This document shows positions 39,952 to 48,342 of a stretch of DNA of 64,000 nt, piece by piece. Numbering within the stretch: position 1 is the stretch's first letter; every line of letters begins with the position of its first letter. Source of the stretch: an uncultured Pseudomonadota bacterium. Lineage in GTDB: Bacteria > Oederibacteriota > Muellerivitia > Muellerivitales > Muellerivitaceae. A program made the position numbers and the translations under genes. The notes beneath the pieces were generated by a model, which saw only the letters and a list, made by a program, of their open reading frames with translations, was not told where the DNA came from and made no database searches. The DNA lies in contig CAWIIP010000001.1 of the NCBI GenBank assembly GCA_963836235.1, positions 96,001 through 160,000 on the forward strand, read 5' to 3'.

Positions 39952-41074
39952 CCGTAAAAGTTACATCTCAAAATCCAAACGAGTGGTCATAAAAATCGGC
40001 AGTAGTTTGTTGACCGATTTGAAAAAAAGGGGAATTCGAACCAGGTTTTTGAACCATTTAGCCGCGCAGGTTGAACAGTTAAATAAATCCAAGATCCAAT
40101 GCGTGATCGTCACCTCGGGAGCCATTGCCGCCGGAATGTTTGAGTTGGGTTGGGGAAAAAGACCCAAGGAAATGGCTAAACTGCAGGCGTTAGCGGCGGT
40201 CGGCCAAAGTAGTTTAATGCACCAATATGAATTGGCTTTTAAACGGCGTGGCTTAAAAGTGGCCCAAATTCTTTTGACCAGTGATGATTTATCCCATCGC
40301 GACCGGTATTCAAACGCCCATAACACTTTTATGGAATTGATTTCCCACGGAATTATTCCCGTGGTGAACGAGAATGATTCTGTCGCCGTTGAGGAAATTA
40401 AGTTTGGCGATAACGATACCTTGGGTGTGCTGGTTACCCATTTGTGTGAATCCGATCTGCTTATTTTATTGACCGACACAGATGGATTTTTCAGCGAGGA
40501 CCCGCGTTTGAATCCCAAGGCGCAATTGATTTCGGAAGTCCTAAAACTTGATTCTAAAATGGAAAAAAACGCCAGCCGATCCGTATCCGTTGTTGGAACC
40601 GGCGGTATGCAAACAAAAATTAAAGCGGCAAAAAACATGATGAAGTCCGGCATTCCCATGGTGATCGCGAATGGCAATAAATCGTTTATTTTAAATAAAG
40701 TAATGAAATCCGAAAAAGTGGGGACATTCTTTATACCCTCTAATAAAAAAATGGCGAGCCGGAAACGTTGGCTTGCTTGGAGTGTGAAACCGAAGGGCTC
40801 TATCGTGGTCGATGAAGGCGCCCAAAACGCTTTGGTGAATAAGGATAAAAGTCTTCTGCCGACAGGAATAAAAGATATTCATGGAATTTGGGAAAAGGGA
40901 GAAGTGGTCAGTATTGTCACTTCTGACGGTGTTGAAATCGCGAAAGGGATCGCGAGTTACTCGTCGAAGGACGCGGTGTTGATTAAAGGGCTGAAAACTT
41001 CCGAGATCGAAAAGAAATTGGGCCGTTTCACCACCGAAGAAGTCGTCCATCGGGACAATATGGTTGTGGTTTAA
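39938..41074 (+). CDS. proB: Glutamate 5-kinase with PUA domain
   Basis: VVIKIGSS, TSGAIAAG, NENDSV, FGDND, GTGGMQTK, HRDNMV. Confidence 0.97.
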   Translation: MMTFDRKSYISKSKRVVIKIGSSLLTDLKKRGIRTRFLNHLAAQVEQLNKSKIQCVIVTSGAIAAGMFELGWGKRPKEMAKLQALAAVGQSSLMHQYELAFKRRGLKVAQILLTSDDLSHRDRYSNAHNTFMELISHGIIPVVNENDSVAVEEIKFGDNDTLGVLVTHLCESDLLILLTDTDGFFSEDPRLNPKAQLISEVLKLDSKMEKNASRSVSVVGTGGMQTKIKAAKNMMKSGIPMVIANGNKSFILNKVMKSEKVGTFFIPSNKKMASRKRWLAWSVKPKGSIVVDEGAQNALVNKDKSLLPTGIKDIHGIWEKGEVVSIVTSDGVEIAKGIASYSSKDAVLIKGLKTSEIEKKLGRFTTEEVVHRDNMVVV

Positions 41075-41223
41075 TTTGAGATATTGTTGGAATAGTCAGA
41101 CATGGAAACGAGCAAAGACGACTAAGGAATATGAGTTTTATTTAAGATTGAAAAACATTAAAATGAATTTGTCGTGCCGATTTTACTGTTAACATATTTG
41201 GATTTTGAGAAGCTCGGTGAGGC

Positions 41224-41796
41224 TTGAAAGTGCAAAAAAAGAACTACTACGAAATCTTCAAGTTATATCCACCCCTTGACTTAAACCAACTTCAAGACAC
41301 CTATAAACAACTGATTTTCGAGCATCATCCGGATAGGAACCCCACCCGTCAGGAATCCGCCATTGAAGAAACCATGGAAATTGTCGAGGCTTACAATATA
41401 TTGAGTGATCCGACAAAACGCGAAATTTACAATTTTCAGATTAGGAATGATATTCGAAAAGAAATAGGGGAACTATTTGGTTTTAAAAAAAGTCTCCTGA
41501 AAATGATGAAATCCAAGGAAGAAATCGAGGCGGAAGAAAACTTCAAGAAGGGAATCGCTTTTTTTGAGGACAAGGAAAACTGGAACCAAGCCCAGCATGA
41601 ATGGGTAAAATGCACAAAACTAATCCCGGGTTTCGTGAACGCTCATTATAATCTTGGTATTGTCTTTGGTTATCAGGGGAATTTTAAAGATTCGGTGGTT
41701 TGCTTTGAGCGGGCCATCAAATACAATCCTGGTGATTATGACGCGAAGAAAACGCTTAGCACGGCCATGGGATATGTCTACGGTAAAAAAGTTTAA
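41224..41796 (+). CDS. J-domain co-chaperone with C-terminal TPRs
   Basis: NYYEI...HHPDRNP...EAYNILSDP.KR..Y; AHYNLG TPR. Confidence 0.88.
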   Translation: MKVQKKNYYEIFKLYPPLDLNQLQDTYKQLIFEHHPDRNPTRQESAIEETMEIVEAYNILSDPTKREIYNFQIRNDIRKEIGELFGFKKSLLKMMKSKEEIEAEENFKKGIAFFEDKENWNQAQHEWVKCTKLIPGFVNAHYNLGIVFGYQGNFKDSVVCFERAIKYNPGDYDAKKTLSTAMGYVYGKKV

Positions 41797-41811
41797 GTCA
41801 CTGAGGAGATT

Positions 41812-43560
41812 ATGGCAGATAAGGCTTTAGCCGTCGGCATTGATTTAGGAACCACGAATTCCTGCGTCGCCTATTTGAACGGGGGCGAACCTCAAGTTCT
41901 TCCGAATTCAGATGGTTATCACACCACGCCTTCCGTGGTCGCTTTTACCTCGCAAAAAAATTGGCTGGTGGGCCTTGACGCCAAACATCAAGCCATCACG
42001 AATCCCAAAGGAACCGTCGCTTCCATTAAGCGTTTTATAGGCCGAAAGATCACGGATGAGGATGTGCAAAAGGATAAAAACCTTGTTCCGTATACTATCG
42101 AAGGTTCCGAAAACAGCGACATCCGGGTCCATTTGGATGATCAATTAAAATCCCCCGAAGAAATTTCCGCCATCATCCTGCAAAAAATAAAACAAGACGT
42201 GGAAACGCGGTTGGGAGAAAAAGTCACCAACGCCGTTATTACCGTTCCCGCGTACTTTAATGATTCGCAAAGGCAAGCGACAAAAGACGCTGGGAAAATA
42301 GCGGGATTTGAAGTATTGCGCATTATTAATGAGCCTACCGCGGCGGCGCTTTCTTATGATTTTGACACGAAAAAGAACCAGAAAATCGCCGTGTATGATC
42401 TCGGCGGCGGTACTTTGGATGTCACCGTTTTGGAGTTATTAAACGGCCTGTACCGGGTTTTGGCCACTTGCGGGGATACCCATCTCGGCGGTGATGATTT
42501 TGATCAAACCATCATGCAATGGGTGCTTGAAAAGTTTTCCTCCGAACATGGCGTGGACTTGCGGCAAGATCCGGTTGCCCTTCAACGATTACGCGAAGCG
42601 GCTGAAAAGGCAAAATGCGACTTGTCGGCAACGGCGAGTGTTGATATCAATTTGCCTTTCATCACTAAAAAAGAGGGGACACCCTTAAATCTATCCTATA
42701 CCTTAAGCCGAAGTGATTTTGAGGGGTTAGTTGCCCAATTGGTTGAAAGAACCCTTGAGCCTTGCAAGAAAGCCCTTCGGGACGCCAATTTAACTCCCAA
42801 TGACTTGAGCGACATTATTTTGGTTGGCGGCATGACCCGCATGCCGAAAGTCAGGGAAACCGTCAAACGGTTTTTCAATAAAGAACCCAACACCAAAGTG
42901 AACCCGGATGAATCGGTCGCGTTGGGCGCGTCGATTCAAGCGGGCATCATCAACGGCAATATTCGAAACGCTCTTTTGTTGGATGTCACCCCGCTTTCAC
43001 TGGGTGTGGAAACACTGGGAGGAACTTTCAGCGTTATTATTCCGAGGAACACAACGGTTCCGACCAAAATGAGCAAGTTGTATTCCACGGTTAAAGACAT
43101 GCAAACATCGGTCAACGTTAAAGTCCTTCAGGGTGAGTCCAAGGTGGCCAATAATAACAAGACTTTAGGTTTCTTTTCATTTATCGGGCTACCTCCCGCA
43201 CCCGCCGGGACGGTTCAAATTGAGGTAACTTTCGCGATTGATTCAAATGGGATTGTGAACGTCACGGCCAAAAATGTCGCGACAGGCCAAATGCAACAAA
43301 TGAAAGTTTCCGCCACCAGCGGTTTGACCAGGGATGAATTGGATAAACTGGTTCAAGTCGCCAAAGGCAGGGTTATTTCCGCAACTCCAAAGGAAGAAAT
43401 CCGTCCTAAAGAAGAGGAGCGGAAAAAGACCGCTTCGCCCATGCCGGCGAAAACATCCGCCGCCTCCGACACTCCTGCTGGAGAGGGCGACACCGAGTTT
43501 TTAACGGGCGACATGATCAATTCCTTCCTCAAAGAACCCGACGAGCCGATGGGCGAATGA
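41812..43560 (+). CDS. DnaK/Hsp70 paralog with truncated lid
   Basis: [52 protein letters not shown]; similarity ends soon after SGLT.DE. Confidence 0.92.
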   Translation: MADKALAVGIDLGTTNSCVAYLNGGEPQVLPNSDGYHTTPSVVAFTSQKNWLVGLDAKHQAITNPKGTVASIKRFIGRKITDEDVQKDKNLVPYTIEGSENSDIRVHLDDQLKSPEEISAIILQKIKQDVETRLGEKVTNAVITVPAYFNDSQRQATKDAGKIAGFEVLRIINEPTAAALSYDFDTKKNQKIAVYDLGGGTLDVTVLELLNGLYRVLATCGDTHLGGDDFDQTIMQWVLEKFSSEHGVDLRQDPVALQRLREAAEKAKCDLSATASVDINLPFITKKEGTPLNLSYTLSRSDFEGLVAQLVERTLEPCKKALRDANLTPNDLSDIILVGGMTRMPKVRETVKRFFNKEPNTKVNPDESVALGASIQAGIINGNIRNALLLDVTPLSLGVETLGGTFSVIIPRNTTVPTKMSKLYSTVKDMQTSVNVKVLQGESKVANNNKTLGFFSFIGLPPAPAGTVQIEVTFAIDSNGIVNVTAKNVATGQMQQMKVSATSGLTRDELDKLVQVAKGRVISATPKEEIRPKEEERKKTASPMPAKTSAASDTPAGEGDTEFLTGDMINSFLKEPDEPMGE

Positions 43561-44180
43561 AATCGATAGCTCTGTTCGGAGGATCCTTCAATCCGATTCA
43601 CTTTGGGCATTTAGCCATCGCGGAGGAAGTCCGAAATAAGCACAACATCGATAAGGTTATTTTTTTACCGACGAACCTTCCGCCTCACAAAGATCCCACC
43701 GATTTGGCCGACGCTAAAAAAAGATTAATCATGACCCACTTGGCGACCGTCAGCAATCCTTGCTTCGATACTTCCTCTTTTGAAATTGACCGGGGCGGGA
43801 AATCCTATTCCATTGACACGGTTAAATATTTTTACCAGCTTTTTAAGGGGAAAACCGAATTGTATTTTATTATTGGGGCCGACATGTTGTCGGAGATTTT
43901 GACCTGGAAGAGTATTGAGGAAATTTTAAAAATGTGCCGCTTTATCGCGGTTTCCCGTCCCGGCTATGACGTCCAAAAAATTTTCAACCGCCATTTTTTG
44001 ACCTCGGAAAATTATAATATCGCTTCCGGGCTGTTGGATAATATCATGATTGAGGAAATGCCCATGCTGGATATCAGCGCGACCGACATTCGCCGGAGGG
44101 TCGCGGAGTGGAAAAGCATTAAATACTTGGTCCCTGAATCCGTTGAGCAATTTATTCACAACCAACAACTTTATCTTTAA
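43557..44180 (+). CDS. nadD: Nicotinate-nucleotide adenylyltransferase
   Basis: GGSFNPIHFGH, PPHK, SYSIDT, IIGAD, ISATDIR. Confidence 0.96.
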   Translation: MKSIALFGGSFNPIHFGHLAIAEEVRNKHNIDKVIFLPTNLPPHKDPTDLADAKKRLIMTHLATVSNPCFDTSSFEIDRGGKSYSIDTVKYFYQLFKGKTELYFIIGADMLSEILTWKSIEEILKMCRFIAVSRPGYDVQKIFNRHFLTSENYNIASGLLDNIMIEEMPMLDISATDIRRRVAEWKSIKYLVPESVEQFIHNQQLYL

Positions 44181-44194
44181 GCGAAGAGGAACCG

Positions 44195-44461
44195 ATGCAA
44201 CTGGTTAATTATATGGAAGAAGCGGTGAAGCGGGTTTTCGAGGAACTCCTGAAAGAGCCGATCTATCAATCCGTTCCATTTGATGAAAAGACAAAATTGG
44301 ATATCATCGCCTTCACCCTCAACCATTTGCCGCCCCGGTATGTCGTGACTGAAAAGGGCCATCTTTATACGAGGGTTAATGAATTGCACCAGCAATTTAA
44401 AACGGATATTATCATTGAATTAACCACGGCCATAAACCAAGTTAAAGCAAATCCACGCTAG
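44195..44461 (+). CDS. ComFB family protein
   Basis: NYMEEAV...LDIIAFTLNHLPPRYVVT..G...V.ANPR. Confidence 0.88.
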   Translation: MQLVNYMEEAVKRVFEELLKEPIYQSVPFDEKTKLDIIAFTLNHLPPRYVVTEKGHLYTRVNELHQQFKTDIIIELTTAINQVKANPR

Positions 44462-44469
44462 GAATTTTA

Positions 44470-44802
44470 GTGAAAAATGTTTTCCCGGAAACCGTAAAAA
44501 ATATTATTAAAGCCCTTGAGGACAAGAAGGCGATTGATATTCAAGTATTGGATATTCGCGACATCGCCTCTTACACGGATTTCTTGGTGATTTGTACCGG
44601 GACATCCTCAACGCACGTGAACGCCCTGGTGGAGAATGTGGTGGACGAATTTTCAAAAGAAGACGGTCCGGTTTATATGAATCCCTCCAAAGACAACAGC
44701 TGGTGGATACTGGATTTTGTGGATACGGTCGTTCATGTCTTTAATGAGACCACAAGGCAGTATTACGATCTCGAGCGTTTGTGGCTGGACGCCAAAAAGT
44801 AA
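44470..44802 (+). CDS. rsfS: Ribosome silencing factor
   Basis: DKKAIDI.VLD, TDFLVICTG, WWILDF.D.VVHVF, YYDLERLW. Confidence 0.95.
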   Translation: MKNVFPETVKNIIKALEDKKAIDIQVLDIRDIASYTDFLVICTGTSSTHVNALVENVVDEFSKEDGPVYMNPSKDNSWWILDFVDTVVHVFNETTRQYYDLERLWLDAKK

Positions 44803-44962
44803 AAGTTTCCTACCGAGTCCCCGCCCCTTCTGGTAATCAAAAATTGTACAAAAGTTGACTGGTTAAACCCTTCACCTGGCTTTCCCTTCTGAAATTTCTG
44901 GAAATCCGAAAAAAATTCGCTAGGCTTTTTCCTAAAATTTGTTCACACCCAAGGAGAAAGCT

Positions 44963-46834
44963 ATGGATGAACGCTTGAAGGCCGTTGAGACGATCGTCGA
45001 AATCCCCATCGAACTGATCCGGGAAAACCCGGACAATCCAAGAGGGCCGGTATCCCTGGAGGACGGCCGTACCATGGCCGAATCCCTGGAGGCCGTGGGC
45101 CAGTGTAAGCCGGTCTTGGTACGGCCCCAAAGCGAAGCGGAGAAGGCGCAGTTTCCCCCCACTGAATACCTCATGCTGGGGGGCCACCGGCGGTTAGCCG
45201 GGGCCAAGCTGGCAGGGTGGAAGACCCTGAAGGCCACCATCGTGACCCCCAAGACCCCCCACGAGGAGTTGCTGGAGGTGGTCCTGGATAACCGCCATAA
45301 GCCTATAGGCTGGTGGAAGGAGGACCTGGCCATTGAAAGGTTCTTGAAACCGACCAACGGGGACGGTCAAAGGAAGCTGGCCGCGGAATTGGACATTTCT
45401 CCCTCGAACGTGAACAAAGCTTGGAAGCTCACTCAGGCCCTAAACCCCGTCTCCCGGGGTCTGGTAACCCAGAACCTGGCTTCTCAACCCCCTGACGAGA
45501 CCGAAAGTGTTTCCTCAGGAAACACTAAAAGTAAGGTTATTCCCATTACCCGAAGTATCCTGCTGGTTTTGGCCGATCTGAGGGACCCCCAGGAGGTCGA
45601 AAAGGCTCTTCGCCGGGTGCTGGACGACCAGATGAACGAGCCCCAGGCGCGGCAGCTGGTAGCGGGACTCAAAGGGGGAACGGACCCGGCAGCCCAACCC
45701 AAAAAGGCTCACAGGGCGGTAGTTGCTGGGGATTCAGTAAAGGCACCTGCTATGGCACAAGCTGGAAGCTCGTCGTATGCCAATTCCCATTCGGAATTGG
45801 CACAACCAAGGCAAGGGCCTCAGCCTGTGGCTTCAGCCCAGGTGCCAACGAATCCGGCGGGTACGGCAACCGGCCTTAAGGGCTGGCTGGGCGATCTGTT
45901 GCCCCAACACCAGCAAGCCAAGAGCCTGGTGGTAGGTGGGATGGCCGGTTGGGTGGGGGGCTTTCTGGCCGCCAACTTCAAACGGGCCATGGGCACCATC
46001 ACCCGCCGTTGGATGCTTCACGGTATGTTGGGTTTGGGGGTGGCGGGCTTTTTGGTGACCCATGGTTTTAGTTCTCGTTCCAAGCCCGCTCCGCAATCCG
46101 GTCCTCAAGCCGGGGGGCAAGCGCAAGTTGTGCCAAGCCAAAGCGCCGTGGGTAGCCAAGGCACCCTAATGGGCTCGGTGGTTAATGTTCCGCCCGAATG
46201 GCAGGGAAGGGTTGTGTCGGGCCAAAACCTGGCCACGCAACTGGCCATGGATTTTTACGGGTTCGGTTATTACGACAATACCACCTGGCTTAATTCGATG
46301 AATGGCGACTTGTCCAGCGCTTATTCCCCCGTCTTTTTCCAGACCTTTTTCCCTCCATCCAAAATGGAAGCCATCCAGAATTTGAAGCTGAAGGGGTTTT
46401 TCAATTTCAACCAACCCATCCAGCTTTTGGCCATCGACGCGCAAAACGAAACCTTTTGGGTGGGGGGCGGGGCGAAGATCAAAAGTGACCATTCGCAAGT
46501 GGACCAGCTAGTAGCCCAGGGCGACGTGGCCTTGGAAGTCCATTTGGCCCAAACGCCCGGAGGAAAAAACCAGGTCGTTTTGGTGAAGGAATTGACGGCT
46601 TTACCCTTCGACTTTGCCCAGGGCGGGCCCAACCAAAGCTCGTCCCACGACTCGAAGGCCGGAGGGCAGGTGGGGGATGGGGCAAAAGCCGCTCAGAAAA
46701 CGCAAAAGGTGGCGTCTTCGGAAACAAGTTCTTCAAAAGTCCCTTCGGCCCCGGCCTCCCAAAAGACGGACCCTGCGGCAAAGTTCGTGGGGGATGCGGC
46801 CGGTGAAGCGGCCAAGAAGTTCTTGGGGTTTTAA
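44963..46834 (+). CDS. ParB/Srx N-terminal CTPase plus HTH protein with predicted membrane segments and a C-terminal extracytoplasmic domain
   Basis: AGGAG RBS; IPIELI..NPDNPR, GQCKPVLVRP, GGHRRL arginine patch; QRKLAAELDISPSNVNK HTH; hydrophobic WMLHGMLGLGVAGFLV. Confidence 0.8.
   Translation: MDERLKAVETIVEIPIELIRENPDNPRGPVSLEDGRTMAESLEAVGQCKPVLVRPQSEAEKAQFPPTEYLMLGGHRRLAGAKLAGWKTLKATIVTPKTPHEELLEVVLDNRHKPIGWWKEDLAIERFLKPTNGDGQRKLAAELDISPSNVNKAWKLTQALNPVSRGLVTQNLASQPPDETESVSSGNTKSKVIPITRSILLVLADLRDPQEVEKALRRVLDDQMNEPQARQLVAGLKGGTDPAAQPKKAHRAVVAGDSVKAPAMAQAGSSSYANSHSELAQPRQGPQPVASAQVPTNPAGTATGLKGWLGDLLPQHQQAKSLVVGGMAGWVGGFLAANFKRAMGTITRRWMLHGMLGLGVAGFLVTHGFSSRSKPAPQSGPQAGGQAQVVPSQSAVGSQGTLMGSVVNVPPEWQGRVVSGQNLATQLAMDFYGFGYYDNTTWLNSMNGDLSSAYSPVFFQTFFPPSKMEAIQNLKLKGFFNFNQPIQLLAIDAQNETFWVGGGAKIKSDHSQVDQLVAQGDVALEVHLAQTPGGKNQVVLVKELTALPFDFAQGGPNQSSSHDSKAGGQVGDGAKAAQKTQKVASSETSSSKVPSAPASQKTDPAAKFVGDAAGEAAKKFLGF
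45506..45526. promoter_or_regulatory. Perfect palindrome, candidate parS/NBS-like site inside the parB-like gene
   Basis: AGTGTTTCCT-C-AGGAAACACT; function is inferred. Confidence 0.6.
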
Positions 46835-46845
46835 ATCATTCAAAA

Positions 46846-47010
46846 GCCTAAAATGGCCAGGCGTAAAGCGGTGAAATGGCCAAAGCTTTAGGCATCCCCG
46901 TGCGAAGCATAAGCCGGCTTCCGCAAAACCGGATGGATGAAGGCCAGGTGGTCAGTTCGGGTGAGGGAAGGTGGACTATTTATCGGCTCAAAGAGCAGGC
47001 GAACGGCGGG
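46846..47010 (+). pseudogene. Degraded winged-helix fragment resembling the C-terminal HTH of Fic-type proteins
   Basis: A*NGQA*SGEMAKALGIPVRSISR...DEGQVVSSGEGRWTIYRL with in-frame stops upstream of the ATG. Confidence 0.5.
46942..47010 (+). repeat. Imperfect direct repeat, copy 1 (69 bp)
   Basis: 56/69 identical to 47689-47757 by manual alignment. Confidence 0.85.
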
Positions 47011-47120
47011 GGTGCGAGCCAGAAGCCTCAAGCGCGAGCGACGAGAGAAAATGAATTTGTTTCCAGGGGTGTTGAAAGCCTAATAATATTGGGGAACGCG
47101 AGTGGAAAAAGAGGAAGGTT

Positions 47121-47687
47121 ATGAGCGAGATTGTTTCGCAAGGTTATGTTGAGCAAAAAATATATTTCCTTCGGGGCAAGAAGATAATGCTTTCCCATGA
47201 TTTGGCGGAGCTTTATGGAGTGACGACTTTTAACCTGAATAAGGCCGTCAAACGCAATCACGAACGTTTCCCTCGGGATTTCATGTTCCAATTGACACGG
47301 AAAGAAGCCGAAAACTTGAAATTCCAATTTGGAATTTCAAACTTGAAGTCACAATCTGTGACTTCAAGTTGGGGCGGAGCTAGGCGGGCCGCGCCTTACG
47401 CCTTCACGGAGCAAGGCGTGGCCATGCTTTCCAGTGTTTTGAGGAGCAAGAAAGCCATCCGGGTGAACATTGAGATTATGCGGGCTTTCGCCCGGTTAAG
47501 GGAAATTTTGGCGGTCAATAAGGATTTCGCGCGAAGGCTTGAGGAATTGGAAAGGAAGTTCAACGCCCATGACCATCAATTCCAGGCGGTATTTGACGCC
47601 ATAAAGGAACTGATGAAGTTGCCGGAAAAGCAGAAAAGGCGTATTGGATTTCTTGAAGAACCCAGGGCGGAGTATCGAGTGCATTAA
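47121..47687 (+). CDS. ORF6N domain DNA-binding protein (phage antirepressor-like)
   Basis: IYFLRGKKIML.HDLAELYGV....LNKAVKRN.ERFP.DFMFQLT, PYAFTEQGVAMLSSVLRS, RRIGF. Confidence 0.93.
   Translation: MSEIVSQGYVEQKIYFLRGKKIMLSHDLAELYGVTTFNLNKAVKRNHERFPRDFMFQLTRKEAENLKFQFGISNLKSQSVTSSWGGARRAAPYAFTEQGVAMLSSVLRSKKAIRVNIEIMRAFARLREILAVNKDFARRLEELERKFNAHDHQFQAVFDAIKELMKLPEKQKRRIGFLEEPRAEYRVH
47313..47370. repeat. Two tandem 27-bp palindromic units inside the ORF6N gene
   Basis: AACTTGAAATTCCAATTTGGAATTTCA and AACTTGAAGTCACAATCTGTGACTTCA. Confidence 0.85.
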
Positions 47688-47688
47688 T

Positions 47689-47757
47689 GGCCAGGTGGTC
47701 AGTGAGGGCAAGGGAAGGTGGACTATATACCGGATTAAAGAAGAGGCGGACGGTAGG
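47689..47757 (+). repeat. Imperfect direct repeat, copy 2 (encodes GQVVSEGKGRWTIYRIKEEADGR)
   Basis: Matches 46942-47010; starts 2 nt after the ORF6N stop. Confidence 0.85.
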
Positions 47758-48342
47758 GGATAGTATTAGAATCTGAATACTTTTAAGAGGGCTTGGTGTG
47801 AAATGGAAAATGGAGGCCAGGCACCTTTTTCTGAGTTATGACCGTTAGTGAACTCTGTCCTAAAAGTTATCAGTTAAGCATCATTTCGTCCTAAAAATGG
47901 TCAAGTTCTCCCAGTTCTTATCTTGCTATAAGAGGATAAAAGGCAGAATTCTTCATTGATTTCCTTTAATTTTGAGAACCGGTAAAATTGGCCTTTAATT
48001 TGCTTTAATTGGGGAATGGGTATATATTACACAGCAGGAAATATAAGGTTAACTGTTTTACCTACGTATCTGCAAGTACTTCCTGGTAAAGCCAAATATT
48101 CAAGTGACCTTACCCCCAAAACTGGTCCACCCTTTTATCGGCCACATAACTGCCCTACTTGGCCAATTGCAAATCTTTACTTCAACCCGATCAACTATCG
48201 TGGGATAGGTATATGCCCACAACAATAATGGGCTTTCTGAAAGGGCATTTTTCAACTTTTATGGGCCCAGGACGATTCCTGGCACATTTCACTGGAACTG
48301 AGCTGGAAAATTTTAGATGAATTTTAACTTTGGAAAAAATCA

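Noticed and set aside
44939-47760. Prophage or ICE call for the ParB/ORF6N islet
   Set aside because: No integrase, structural, replication or relaxase genes and no clear att pair; reported only as an islet.
47807-47830. AAAATGGAGGCCAGGCACCTTTTT, reminiscent of REP-like elements
   Set aside because: Single imperfect copy in the window and no associated transposase; cannot be supported.
48016-48228. 70-aa ORF upstream of the malectin protein
   Set aside because: No recognisable motif; probably intergenic. No c-di-GMP riboswitch core recognised here either.
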